From: Prochlorococcus sp. AG-355-A09 | Lineage (GTDB): Bacteria > Cyanobacteriota > Cyanobacteriia > PCC-6307 > Cyanobiaceae | Assembly (NCBI GenBank): GCA_003280995.1 | Contig: QCDG01000007.1 | Coordinates: 25,026 to 89,025 of the forward strand | Length of the DNA: 64,000 nucleotides | Direction of reading: 5' to 3' | Part shown: one piece after another, positions 10,695 to 20,900 of the stretch | How the letters are laid out: each line of letters starts with the position of its first letter | Numbering within the stretch: the first letter of the stretch is position 1 | The notes under the pieces: generated by a model | Databases searched by the model: none | Told to the model about the DNA's origin: nothing | What the model saw: only the letters and a program-made list of their open reading frames with translations | Position numbers and translations under genes: made by a program

Positions 10695-11726
10695 ATAAAA
10701 GAAACTATTTCAAACTTAACCAGTAAAAATACAACGAAAAATACTAATTCTTCAAAAACATTTAATTGGCAAAAAGAGATTAAAAATTACGTAGACCCGC
10801 CAAGTTTTTGGAATCCAACATTAGGTTTATTTTTGGGCGGTTATTTTCTTGCGTTTCTTAGCATATGGCAATGGTATAGAGGTGTTTGGCCTTTACCTTT
10901 ACTTGTAGCTACTGCTTTTTTGGCTTTACATATTGAAGGTACTGTTATTCATGATGCCTGTCATAAAGCTGCTCATCCAGTTCCTTGGATAAATCAAGCA
11001 ATGGGCCATGGCTCAGCTATTCTATTAGGGTTTAGCTTCCCAGTTTTTACGAGAGTTCATCTACAACATCATATTCACGTAAATCACCCCAAAAATGATC
11101 CGGATCATATTGTCAGTACTTTTGGTCCAATTTGGCTAATTGCTCCAAGATTTTTTTATCATGAGGTATTTTTCTTTCAAAGAAAACTCTGGCGAAGATA
11201 TGAATTACTACAATGGGGAATTGAAAGATCCATATTCCTGACAATTATCTTGGCAGGTTTGAAATTTGACTTTATGAATTTAATTTATAATTTATGGTTC
11301 GGCCCAGCATTAATGGTAGGAGTCACTTTAGGAATATTTTTTGATTATTTACCCCATAGACCATTTCGATCAAGAAATAAATGGATAAATTCTCGAGTTT
11401 ATCCAAGCAAATTTATGAATTTATTAATAATGGGACAAAATTACCATCTCATTCATCATCTATGGCCTTCGATTCCTTGGTTTGAATACAAAATAGCTTA
11501 TGAAAAAACTAAGCCTTTATTGGATAAAAAAGGCTCCCCTCAAAGGGTTGGGATATTTGAAAGCAAAGAAGACATTTTTAACTTTATTTATGATTTATTA
11601 ATAGGTGTAAGGAGTCATAGCAAAAAGAGGGGGAAAATAAGAAAAATCATAAATTTATATCCAGGCTTTAAGATAAAAAAAATTTTATTAAAGCTAGTCA
11701 ACAAAACATTTATTGGAAGCAACTAA
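10695..11726 (+). CDS. crtR: Beta-carotene hydroxylase (membrane di-iron); start uncertain (ATA 10695, ATT 10707 or TTG 10833)
   Basis: His boxes HDACH, HLQHH, HLIHH; FFDYLPHRPF; frame open upstream to TGA at 10689. Confidence 0.9.
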   Translation: MKETISNLTSKNTTKNTNSSKTFNWQKEIKNYVDPPSFWNPTLGLFLGGYFLAFLSIWQWYRGVWPLPLLVATAFLALHIEGTVIHDACHKAAHPVPWINQAMGHGSAILLGFSFPVFTRVHLQHHIHVNHPKNDPDHIVSTFGPIWLIAPRFFYHEVFFFQRKLWRRYELLQWGIERSIFLTIILAGLKFDFMNLIYNLWFGPALMVGVTLGIFFDYLPHRPFRSRNKWINSRVYPSKFMNLLIMGQNYHLIHHLWPSIPWFEYKIAYEKTKPLLDKKGSPQRVGIFESKEDIFNFIYDLLIGVRSHSKKRGKIRKIINLYPGFKIKKILLKLVNKTFIGSN

Positions 11727-11731
11727 CTTAA

Positions 11732-12025
11732 TCATTCATTAATAATTTTTGGTACTTTAAAATATTTATCTTCTCTCGATGGACCCAATTCTAAAAGTTC
11801 TTCATTGCAACCAGAATTTTTCTTTTCGTCTTTTCTAAATACATTTACAACCTCTATAGCTCTCGTTGTACAGGGGACATCATCAGTATCAATTTTTTCA
11901 AGTTGTCTTATATAATCCAATATCTTTTCTAATTGTTGTGCATGATTATTGATTTCATTCTCGTTAAGTTCTAATCTCGCTAAATGAGCAACTTTTTTTA
12001 CTTCCTCTTTAGTTATTTTTGTCAT
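11732..12025 (-). CDS. gatC: Asp/Glu-tRNA amidotransferase subunit C
   Basis: VKKVAHLARLE...YFKVPKI. Confidence 0.95.
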   Translation of the reverse strand: MTKITKEEVKKVAHLARLELNENEINNHAQQLEKILDYIRQLEKIDTDDVPCTTRAIEVVNVFRKDEKKNSGCNEELLELGPSREDKYFKVPKIINE

Positions 12026-12196
12026 ACATTTAATATCTTTCTTATTAAATAATAGTTTATTAAGAACAACTTATTTACATATCCTTTGAATTTCAAATAA
12101 TTTAAAAAAATAATCACATCTTTTTGAAAATCAATATCAATTAATAGCCTTAATTATCTTTCTCAGCTAAATATGTTATTAGATAGATTTTGAAAA

Positions 12197-12781
12197 ATAG
12201 AAGAAGAATTCTTTCCAAAAAATTTTTTTTATCGGCACTCCAAACTTGTTGCTCCTGATTTAATAGGCTGTTACCTCATAAAAAAAAATAATGAGATAGA
12301 TCAAGTTAAAGGGATAATTGTTGAAACTGAAGCTTATTCACAGGAAGAAGAGGCCTGTCATGGCTACCGCAAAATGACTGAATCAAACAAATCATTATTT
12401 GGCAGACCTGGCACATTTTATATTTACAAATCATATGGCATTCATCATTGTTTAAACATAGTTACTGATAAAGAAAATTTTGCGAGTGGTGTTTTGATAA
12501 GATCAGTTTTTATCTCTAATAAGAATGAAAGATTAGCTTCTGGACCTGGCCTAGTAACAAAAACATTCAGTATAGACATTTCATTTAACTCACTTGAAGT
12601 TCTTAATAACAAATCTTTATGGATTTCTCCACGAGACTCCACTCTAGAAGAAAAAGATCTGATTCAAACTACGAGAATTGGCATATCAAAGGCAAAAAAT
12701 ATAAAATGGCGTTGGTATCTCAAAAATAGTAGGAGTGTAAGTAAAAGATTAAAAGGTGACAGAACACCTAAATTTCAATAA
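12197..12781 (+). CDS. mpg: DNA-3-methyladenine glycosylase (MPG/AAG family); non-canonical start likely
   Basis: In-frame region upstream of the track's ATG encodes VAPDLIG and IVETEAY...ACHG; downstream YIYKSYGIHHCLN, SGPG, TTRIGIS. Confidence 0.88.
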   Translation: MEEEFFPKNFFYRHSKLVAPDLIGCYLIKKNNEIDQVKGIIVETEAYSQEEEACHGYRKMTESNKSLFGRPGTFYIYKSYGIHHCLNIVTDKENFASGVLIRSVFISNKNERLASGPGLVTKTFSIDISFNSLEVLNNKSLWISPRDSTLEEKDLIQTTRIGISKAKNIKWRWYLKNSRSVSKRLKGDRTPKFQ

Positions 12782-12802
12782 TCATTTATCTTTTTAAGCG
12801 TA

Positions 12803-13819
12803 ATGCAAATTTGGCCTCATAAACATATCCACACACTCGCTAATTTTTCAATTAAAGATTATGAGTCAGTATTTGAATTAGCTAATAGATTTGATGCACT
12901 AAAGAATGCAGGAACAAAAAAGATACCGGCCTTACAAGGGACTTTGGTAACGTCTTTATTTTTTGAAGCTAGTACAAGAACAAAAAATAGTTTTGAGCTT
13001 GCAGCAAAAAGACTTTCTGCTGATGTCCAAACGTTTGCGCCATCCTCCAGCTCTTTAACAAAAGGCGAAACAATAATTGATACAGCCATAACTTATTCTG
13101 CTATGGGGGCAGATACATTAGTTATCAGACATTCATCAAGTTACATAACCTTTGAGATCGCAAAAAAACTTGATGCAATAAATGCCAAGACTTCGGTTCT
13201 TAATGCAGGAGATGGATTACATAGTCACCCCAGCCAAGGATTGCTTGACATCTATACATTGATAAAATTCTTTTCCCAAAAAACACTGAATCCAGAGGTT
13301 TTAAATTCCAAAAAAATTTTAATAGTTGGCGACGTTAATCATTCAAGGGTTGCCAGGTCAAATCTTTGGGCTTTGAGTGCATTCGGCGCCGATATAATAT
13401 TATGTGGTCCTAAGACATTAATACCTGATGAATTTATAAATTTTTTAAAAACCCCCGCGCCAAATCAAACAGAAGATCCTATTAAATCAAGAGGTTCCGT
13501 AACAATTTCTAGATCATTGGAAGAATCAATAAAAATTGTAGATGCAATTATTGTTTTAAGACTCCAGAAAGAGAGAATGATGGAAAATTTACTAAGTAGC
13601 ATTGATTCATATAGTTTGGATTATGGCTTAACCCCAGAGAAATTATCTTTAAATAAAAAAGAAATTCCAATCCTACATCCCGGTCCCATTAACAGAGATA
13701 TTGAAATTAGCAGCAAAGTGGTAGATCAATATCCTAATTGCTTAATTAATAATCAAGTTGCAAATGGTATCCCTATAAGAATGGCTTTGCTTTATCTATT
13801 ACAGAAACACAACAAGTAA
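12803..13819 (+). CDS. pyrB: Aspartate carbamoyltransferase catalytic subunit
   Basis: [26 protein letters not shown]. Confidence 0.97.
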   Translation: MQIWPHKHIHTLANFSIKDYESVFELANRFDALKNAGTKKIPALQGTLVTSLFFEASTRTKNSFELAAKRLSADVQTFAPSSSSLTKGETIIDTAITYSAMGADTLVIRHSSSYITFEIAKKLDAINAKTSVLNAGDGLHSHPSQGLLDIYTLIKFFSQKTLNPEVLNSKKILIVGDVNHSRVARSNLWALSAFGADIILCGPKTLIPDEFINFLKTPAPNQTEDPIKSRGSVTISRSLEESIKIVDAIIVLRLQKERMMENLLSSIDSYSLDYGLTPEKLSLNKKEIPILHPGPINRDIEISSKVVDQYPNCLINNQVANGIPIRMALLYLLQKHNK

Positions 13820-13821
13820 AT

Positions 13822-14163
13822 TTATAGCAACTTAAGACTTTCTGTAAAGAAACCATAAAATAATCCTAATCTTAAAGAATCTAATAAGAGTACTAAAAAT
13901 TTCTTTTTCCTTTCAAATCTGAAATTTCTTCTCAAAACTATTAAAAACTCAATAAAAACTACTGATAAAAAAGCGGCTATAGGATCCATGAGTTCCACAA
14001 CGGCACTTACCATACCAAGAGAACTTCCAAAAAAGTATCCGATTAAAAGTGTAATTAATGATATTGAATATCTTCGCCATGGATTATTAGCCCAAATACT
14101 TATTGTCTGAATATTTTCCACAATTTTTAGCTGAAATTTTGTCTTTTGAGGGTTAACAGCCAT
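13822..14163 (-). CDS. DUF565/Ycf20-family membrane protein
   Basis: NPWRR motif, TM helices, GLFYG..ESLKL end. Confidence 0.75.
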   Translation of the reverse strand: MAVNPQKTKFQLKIVENIQTISIWANNPWRRYSISLITLLIGYFFGSSLGMVSAVVELMDPIAAFLSVVFIEFLIVLRRNFRFERKKKFLVLLLDSLRLGLFYGFFTESLKLL

Positions 14164-14174
14164 TTTGCATTAAA

Positions 14175-14375
14175 CTAAGCCGCTTCTGAGTTTGATTGAA
14201 TTTTAGTATTTCCTTCAGTTAATTCAAGTAATGCTTCCAACTGAGCCATTAACCCTCTTAATTCGCCTGGCTCAGGGAAAAGGTCATCTTCTTTGATTCC
14301 TAAATGCATTTCTCTGAGCTCTTGCCTTAAATAGCGTATGTGACTAATGACTTGCTCTCTTTTAGTTTGCGACAT
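14175..14375 (-). CDS. Small hypothetical protein (66 aa, helical)
   Basis: ATG-started ORF with protein-like amphipathic sequence, co-oriented with the DUF565 gene. Confidence 0.75.
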   Translation of the reverse strand: MSQTKREQVISHIRYLRQELREMHLGIKEDDLFPEPGELRGLMAQLEALLELTEGNTKIQSNSEAA

Positions 14376-14590
14376 GATATGAATTTTTGAATATTTTAAG
14401 AAAGAATATTTTTGAAAAGGAGAGTTTGCATATTTATGACTGAGAATGAAGATAAATGACCTAACAACAATTTGAAAAGATTATGAAAATTGAAAATTAT
14501 CATATCCTTGAAAATATGTACTTAATTCTTATATCAATTTTAAATAATTACTTGAGGCTTTATTATTAGAATATATTGACTTTACTCAAT

Positions 14591-14812
14591 ATGAAATTCA
14601 TTTCTGAAAATAAAATAAGTGAGGAGCTAGTAAATTCTTTTGATGAAGAAATGACCTTTGAGCTCGCTAAAAGGCTAGAGGAAGATAATTATAATACTCC
14701 ATTTGATGGTTTAAAAGACTGGCACTTACTGAGGGCTCTTGCAATCAATAGGCCTGAATTAACGACTAATTATACCCATCTCCTCGATCAGGAACCTTTC
14801 GATGAAAACTAA
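14591..14812 (+). CDS. DUF2555-type cyanobacterial small protein
   Basis: LAKRLEEDNY..PFDGLKDWHLLRALA motif; directly upstream of coaBC. Confidence 0.8.
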   Translation: MKFISENKISEELVNSFDEEMTFELAKRLEEDNYNTPFDGLKDWHLLRALAINRPELTTNYTHLLDQEPFDEN

Positions 14813-16049
14813 AAGTAAGGACTCAAAAATAAAGGTTCTTTTATTAATAACTGGAAGTATTGCAGCTGTAAGAATTCCATTATTAGTTAGCCAATTAGCG
14901 AAAGAAAATTATGAAATAAGATGCGTTTTATCAAAAAATGCAGAAAAATTAATAAAGCCGCTTTCTCTTTCTATTTTAAGTAGAAACCCATGCATTTTAG
15001 AAAATGATCAATGGTCTGATGGTCAATCAACACCTCTTCACATAGAACTAAGTAATTGGGCTGATATTTTAATCATCGCCCCTTTAACAGCGACAACATT
15101 AGCAAAATGGGTAACTGGAAATGCAGAGGGATTGATCCCAAGCATCTTAATAGCAAATATAAAGCCCATTATTGTTGCACCAGCAATGAATACACAAATG
15201 TGGCTAAATAAAGCTGTCCAAAAAAATTATGAGAATTTACAGAATTACGAAAATGTTTTGTCTTTGCAACCAAGTGAAGGCCTCTTAGCATGTGATGCTA
15301 TAGGCATGGGTAAGATACCTTCTAATGATCTAATCCAATTAGCTCTTGAATTTATAGCTTCACATAAACAAAATGAATATCGCAAAGATTTACTTAATAA
15401 AGAAATTTTAATAACTGGAGGGTGTACCTCAGAAAAAATTGACGCGGCAAGACACATTACTAACAAAAGTTCTGGAGCCATGGGCCTGCTTCTTTCTCAA
15501 GTAGCGAGGTTCAGGGGAGCACACGTAAAATATGTTCATGGTCCTCTGAGAATCGATAAGAATCTTACTGATGGAATAAAAAGATATGAAATTGAAACTA
15601 GTATTGATTTAATTAAGGCTCTTAATGATGAAATATCAAATTGCGATTATTTTTTCATGAATGCAGCAGTATCTGATTTCAAAATAACCTCTGATACTTC
15701 AGCTAAAATTCCAAAAAATCAAATTAATGATCATTTGAATCAAAACTTTGAGCTAGTCCCTGATATTTTAAAAACAATTAGTAAATCAAAAAAAGATAAC
15801 CAAGTTTTTGTAGGCTTTTGTGCTTTTACAGGATCCATCGATGAGGCACGAATGACAATTAAAGAAAAGATTATCCAAAAGGGTTGTGATTATCTATTCG
15901 CAAATCCAATTGATCTTGAAGGCCAAGGATTTGGCTTTTTGGCACAAAATGAAGGTTGGCTATTCGATACGAACAATATGGAACACTACATTAACAAAAC
16001 ATCAAAAATTGATTTAGCAAATAAATTAATAACCCAAATTATTTCATAA
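14802..16049 (+). CDS. coaBC: Phosphopantothenoylcysteine decarboxylase/ligase
   Basis: TGSIAA, PAMNTQMW, LACDAIGMG, ITNKSSG, AAVSDF. Confidence 0.96.
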   Translation: MKTKSKDSKIKVLLLITGSIAAVRIPLLVSQLAKENYEIRCVLSKNAEKLIKPLSLSILSRNPCILENDQWSDGQSTPLHIELSNWADILIIAPLTATTLAKWVTGNAEGLIPSILIANIKPIIVAPAMNTQMWLNKAVQKNYENLQNYENVLSLQPSEGLLACDAIGMGKIPSNDLIQLALEFIASHKQNEYRKDLLNKEILITGGCTSEKIDAARHITNKSSGAMGLLLSQVARFRGAHVKYVHGPLRIDKNLTDGIKRYEIETSIDLIKALNDEISNCDYFFMNAAVSDFKITSDTSAKIPKNQINDHLNQNFELVPDILKTISKSKKDNQVFVGFCAFTGSIDEARMTIKEKIIQKGCDYLFANPIDLEGQGFGFLAQNEGWLFDTNNMEHYINKTSKIDLANKLITQIIS

Positions 16050-16276
16050 AAAAAATAAAAAAAAAATTTTTTAATTTGTATTTTTTTGTAATCTTAATCA
16101 TTAAAAATAATGTGATAGCTTACAATAATTCCAGTTTTTTAAAATCTAAAAAGCTACGGGTTGTTTCGAGGATTTAATAGTCCTATCTTTTATGGTCCTT
16201 TCCCTTGTATTATCCGTACTGAACTTATTAGATGACCTTTAATCTATCGTCACAGAACTTTACTGCAACTTTAATT

Positions 16277-17071
16277 ATGAGAATTCGTTCTTTCTTAGCT
16301 TTTGTTATTTCAATTTGTATAACTTTTGCTTTCGTACCTGTTAAAACATTTGCTTTTTCTGAAAGAGGAAATGCACAATTTACAGATGTTGTTAACACAG
16401 GAAAAGCTAATGATTGCCCTACATTAGACTCATCTCTTGTCGGATCAATATCTCTAGGGAATGGAGATAGCCTTAAAGGAATATGCATGCATCCAACAGA
16501 AGTTTATGTAAAAGTGCCAGGGACAAAACGAAAAGCTGCAGAATTTGTTTCTACAAAAATTATTAGTCCTAGAAATAACACCACAGTGACAGAAGTTTAT
16601 GGCGATATAGATTCAGGAACCTTCACTGAAAAGGGTGGTATTGATTTTCAACTTATTACTGTATTAACTCCTGGTGGTTTAGAGGTGCCATTTGCATTCT
16701 CAGCAAAAGATCTTACAGCTGATTTACCTTCATCTATTGAGCCAGGAACTGAGGTTAGTGGTTCAACATTTACACCTAACTACAGAACTGGTGACTTTCT
16801 AGATCCGAAGGCAAGAGCTAAAAATACTGGTGTTGAATATGCTCAAGGTTTAGTTGCATTAGGAGGAGATGATGAAGAACTTGCAAAAGAAAATATTAAA
16901 GTTGATGTAAATGGTACTGGCGTTATAACTCTTTCAATCAACTATGTAGATTCTGACACAGACGAATTTGCTGGTACTTTTGAAGCTATCCAACCTTCAG
17001 ATACAGACATGGGTTCAAAGGATCCACTTGATGTAAAAATAATTGGGGAGCTTTACGGAAGAAAGGCATAA
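16277..17071 (+). CDS. psbO: Photosystem II manganese-stabilising protein
   Basis: Signal peptide MRIRS..., NTGKANDCP, GIDFQ, PGGLEVPF, FLDPKAR, QPSDTDMG. Confidence 0.96.
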   Translation: MRIRSFLAFVISICITFAFVPVKTFAFSERGNAQFTDVVNTGKANDCPTLDSSLVGSISLGNGDSLKGICMHPTEVYVKVPGTKRKAAEFVSTKIISPRNNTTVTEVYGDIDSGTFTEKGGIDFQLITVLTPGGLEVPFAFSAKDLTADLPSSIEPGTEVSGSTFTPNYRTGDFLDPKARAKNTGVEYAQGLVALGGDDEELAKENIKVDVNGTGVITLSINYVDSDTDEFAGTFEAIQPSDTDMGSKDPLDVKIIGELYGRKA

Positions 17072-17085
17072 ATCCTACTCAATAG

Positions 17086-17115
17086 AAAAAGGGGGTTAAA
17101 CCCCTCTTTTTTTTT
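17086..17115 (+). terminator. Intrinsic terminator of psbO
   Basis: AGGGGGTT-AAACCCCT hairpin followed by a T9 run just after the stop. Confidence 0.8.
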
Positions 17116-17143
17116 CAAAATTTTTCTTTATTAATTTAAAAAA

Positions 17144-18319
17144 ATGGAATTACAACAAAAAACTAAAACAGATACTAATGGACTAATCCCTCCTTATGGA
17201 GGGGAACTAAAAAATCTAATTATCAAAGATGAAAAACTTAAAAATGATCTTATCTCTAAAGCTACCTATGAGTTTGAATGTAGCGAAAGAAATGCATGCG
17301 ATGTAGAACTTTTGATGGTTGGAGCTTTTTCTCCATTGGAAGGTTTTATGGATGAAAATAACTACAATTCGGTAATTAAAAATAATAGAAATACAAACGG
17401 ATTTCTTTTTGGCTTGCCTATTGTATTTGATTCAAATAATGAAAAAGTAAAAGCTGGAGAGACAATATTGCTTACTTATAAAAAGCAAAAAATAGCAGTT
17501 TTAGAAGTTAGCTCTAAATGGGAGCCTGACAAATCCTTAGAAGCTGAACTTTGTTATGGTACTAATTCTTTAGATCATCCAGCTGTTAAGATGATTTTTA
17601 ACGAGAGAGGGAGATTCTATATAGGAGGAAGAGTTTATGGTTTCGAACTACCAACTAGAGAATTCCCCTGCAAAACCCCAGAAGAAGTTAGATCTACACT
17701 GCCATCAAATCATGATGTAGTTGCATTTCAATGCAGAAATCCAATTCATAGAGCACATTATGAATTATTTACTAATGCCTTACTTTCAGAAAATGTCTCC
17801 TCTAAATCAGTTGTTTTAGTTCATCCAACTTGTGGACCAACTCAACAAGATGATATCCCGGGCAAAGTTAGATATTTGACCTATAAAGAATTAGAAGAGG
17901 AAATATCTGATGAAAGAATAAAATGGGCTTTTTTACCTTATTCAATGCATATGGCGGGGCCAAGAGAAGCTCTGCAACATATGATAATAAGAAGAAATTA
18001 TGGCTGCACCCACTTTATTATTGGTAGAGATATGGCTGGTTGTAAGTCTTCATCAACTGGTGAGGATTTTTATGGTCCATATGACGCCCAGAATTTTGCA
18101 AATAAGTGTGCAGATGAATTGATGATGCAAACTGTTCCTTCAAAAAATTTAGTTTATACGAAGGAAAAAGGATATATAACAGCTGAAGAAGCCAAAGAAT
18201 TAAATTATGAAATTATGAAACTTAGTGGTACTGAATTTAGAAAGAAATTAAGGAATGGCGAACCAATTCCTGAATGGTTTGCATTCAAAAGTGTAGTAGA
18301 TGTTCTAAGACGCTCTTAA
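17144..18319 (+). CDS. sat: Sulfate adenylyltransferase
   Basis: AFQCRNPIHRAH, MAGPREA, FIIGRD. Confidence 0.96.
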   Translation: MELQQKTKTDTNGLIPPYGGELKNLIIKDEKLKNDLISKATYEFECSERNACDVELLMVGAFSPLEGFMDENNYNSVIKNNRNTNGFLFGLPIVFDSNNEKVKAGETILLTYKKQKIAVLEVSSKWEPDKSLEAELCYGTNSLDHPAVKMIFNERGRFYIGGRVYGFELPTREFPCKTPEEVRSTLPSNHDVVAFQCRNPIHRAHYELFTNALLSENVSSKSVVLVHPTCGPTQQDDIPGKVRYLTYKELEEEISDERIKWAFLPYSMHMAGPREALQHMIIRRNYGCTHFIIGRDMAGCKSSSTGEDFYGPYDAQNFANKCADELMMQTVPSKNLVYTKEKGYITAEEAKELNYEIMKLSGTEFRKKLRNGEPIPEWFAFKSVVDVLRRS

Positions 18320-18365
18320 TAATGTTTTATTATTAGTATTATAGATTTATTAAAGATTTTTTATT

Positions 18366-20219
18366 GTGAACAAACGTTGGAGAAACGTAGGACTTTATGT
18401 CCTAGCTGTTATTACTGTAATTTTCATTGGTACCTCAGTTTTTGATAAACCTAATACTGAAAGTTCTACAAAGACCTTGAGATATAGTGATTTTATAGAG
18501 GCAGTACAAGATAAAGAAATCAGTAGAGTCCTAATATCTCCAGATAATGCCACAGCTCAAGTTGTTGAAAATGATGGGAGCAGGTCTGAGGTCAATTTAG
18601 CCCCTGACAAAGATTTATTAAAAATACTGACTGAGAATAATGTAGATATAGCTGTAACTCCTACAAAATTAGCCAATCCATGGCAACAAGCTATAAGTAG
18701 CTTAATTTTTCCAGTACTTTTGATCGGAGGCCTATTTTTTCTTTTCAGAAGATCCCAAAGTGGTAATGCTGGAGGTGGTAACCCTGCCATGAGTTTTGGT
18801 AAAAGCAAAGCTAGATTGCAAATGGAACCATCTACACAAGTAACCTTTTCAGATGTTGCTGGTGTTGAAGGGGCAAAATTAGAACTTACAGAAGTTGTAG
18901 ATTTTCTTAAGAGCCCAGATAGATTTACTGCAGTAGGAGCAAAAATTCCAAAAGGAGTTCTTCTTGTTGGCCCTCCTGGGACAGGAAAAACATTGTTAGC
19001 AAAAGCAGTAGCTGGAGAAGCAGGTGTACCTTTTTTCTCAATATCTGGTTCAGAATTTGTAGAGATGTTTGTAGGAGTTGGGGCTAGTAGAGTTAGAGAT
19101 CTTTTTGAACAAGCTAAAAAGAATGCTCCTTGTATTGTTTTTATTGACGAAATAGATGCAGTTGGAAGACAAAGGGGTGCTGGTATGGGCGGAGGAAATG
19201 ATGAAAGAGAGCAAACATTAAATCAACTCCTAACTGAAATGGATGGTTTCGAAGGTAATTCAGGAATAATAATAGTTGCTGCCACCAACAGACCAGATGT
19301 CTTAGATTCAGCTTTAATGCGTCCTGGAAGATTCGATAGACAGGTAACAGTAGATAGACCAGATTATGCTGGAAGATTGCAGATATTAAATGTTCATGCG
19401 AAAGATAAAACTCTTTCAAAAGACGTAGATTTAGATAAAGTTGCTAGAAGAACACCAGGATTTACTGGTGCAGATTTAGCTAATCTCTTAAATGAAGCAG
19501 CGATATTAGCAGCTAGAAAAGATTTAGATAAAGTAAGTAACGATGAAGTAGGTGATGCAATTGAAAGAGTTATGGCTGGCCCAGAAAAGAAAGATAGAGT
19601 AATCAGTGATAAGAAAAAAGAATTAGTTGCTTATCACGAAGCTGGTCATGCACTCGTTGGAGCATTAATGCCTGATTATGATCCAGTAGCAAAAGTTTCA
19701 ATTATTCCAAGAGGTCAAGCTGGAGGTCTAACCTTCTTTACTCCAAGTGAAGAAAGAATGGAATCTGGTCTTTACTCTCGTTCTTACCTTCAAAATCAAA
19801 TGGCTGTAGCTCTTGGTGGAAGAGTTGCTGAAGAAATTGTTTATGGAGAAGAAGAAGTAACAACTGGAGCTTCAAATGATTTACAACAAGTTGCTAATGT
19901 AGCAAGACAAATGATCACTAAATTCGGCATGAGTGACAAAATAGGTCCTGTCGCTCTAGGTCAATCTCAAGGTGGAATGTTTCTCGGAAGAGATATGAGC
20001 TCTACAAGAGACTTTTCTGAAGACACGGCCGCAACAATTGATGTAGAGGTTTCAGAACTTGTTGATGTGGCCTATAAGAGAGCTACAAAAGTTTTATCAG
20101 ATAACAGAATAGTTCTAGACGAAATGGCTCAAATGCTAATTGAAAGAGAAACTATAGATACTGAAGATATCCAAGATTTGCTTAACCGCTCAGAAGTAAA
20201 AGTCGCAAACTATATTTAA
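18366..20219 (+). CDS. ftsH: ATP-dependent zinc metalloprotease FtsH
   Basis: Two TM helices, [29 protein letters not shown]. Confidence 0.98.
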   Translation: MNKRWRNVGLYVLAVITVIFIGTSVFDKPNTESSTKTLRYSDFIEAVQDKEISRVLISPDNATAQVVENDGSRSEVNLAPDKDLLKILTENNVDIAVTPTKLANPWQQAISSLIFPVLLIGGLFFLFRRSQSGNAGGGNPAMSFGKSKARLQMEPSTQVTFSDVAGVEGAKLELTEVVDFLKSPDRFTAVGAKIPKGVLLVGPPGTGKTLLAKAVAGEAGVPFFSISGSEFVEMFVGVGASRVRDLFEQAKKNAPCIVFIDEIDAVGRQRGAGMGGGNDEREQTLNQLLTEMDGFEGNSGIIIVAATNRPDVLDSALMRPGRFDRQVTVDRPDYAGRLQILNVHAKDKTLSKDVDLDKVARRTPGFTGADLANLLNEAAILAARKDLDKVSNDEVGDAIERVMAGPEKKDRVISDKKKELVAYHEAGHALVGALMPDYDPVAKVSIIPRGQAGGLTFFTPSEERMESGLYSRSYLQNQMAVALGGRVAEEIVYGEEEVTTGASNDLQQVANVARQMITKFGMSDKIGPVALGQSQGGMFLGRDMSSTRDFSEDTAATIDVEVSELVDVAYKRATKVLSDNRIVLDEMAQMLIERETIDTEDIQDLLNRSEVKVANYI

Positions 20220-20240
20220 TCGCGAAAGTTTAAATTTTAA

Positions 20241-20866
20241 ATGAATAATAAAGAAGATTCTTTTTCGGAGTTTCTGAAAACTGAGTCTTTTTTTTACTTA
20301 TAAAACCTGAAGATAATATTTACTCAAATACCTCTATAAGAAATTCATTTTTTGAAGAATTAGAATACTTAGTAAAATTAGGATTAAAGAATATTGAAAT
20401 AAGTTGGTCTAACAAAGAAAATTGGTTTGATTTTGTATCCGATATCAAAATTAAATATCCAAGAATTAATTTAGCCTCCGCCTCCATAGTTAATAAGCAA
20501 TCAATATAAGATTCTTTAAAAATTGGATTAAATTTTTCGATGATGAAATTTTGGGATAAAGATCTTTTCAATTATGCGCATTCAAAAAGTTATTTATTAA
20601 TTCCTGGAATTAATAATTTAAAAGATCTTAAGGAAGCGATAGATTTAAATTGCAAAATTATCAAAATTTACCCAATAAACAGTAAAGATAGTTCGATAGA
20701 TATACTCAACTATACAAATATTGATTTCATTGCTGCTGGAGGACTATCAATCAATGATTTAAAAACTTATAAATCTTTAGGGTATAAAGCAGTCGTAATT
20801 GGAGATAAAGCTATCAAAAATAAAAAATTTGATCCAAAAATATTTGAATGGCTCAAAAATAATTAA
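20241..20866 (+). pseudogene. eda: KDPG/KHG aldolase (Eda) family gene disrupted by a frameshift and a nonsense codon
   Basis: ATG 20241 frame stops at 20301 after a T8 run (20288-20295); the shifted frame encodes GLKNIEISW and INLASASI, then TAA 20507, then LIPG, IIKIYP, IAAGG; restored length 208 aa. Confidence 0.8.
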
Positions 20867-20900
20867 ATCAAAGATAAATATAATTTATTCAACAAAAATA

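Noticed and set aside
10688..12193. Shared programmed +1 frameshift in crtR and mpg (both have a TTG overlapping the in-frame TGA)
   Set aside because: Any TTGA gives this overlap, which is common in AT-rich DNA; no shared stimulatory signal seen.
20320..20571. 83-aa minus-strand ORF between ftsH and aroC
   Set aside because: Antisense shadow of the disrupted eda gene.
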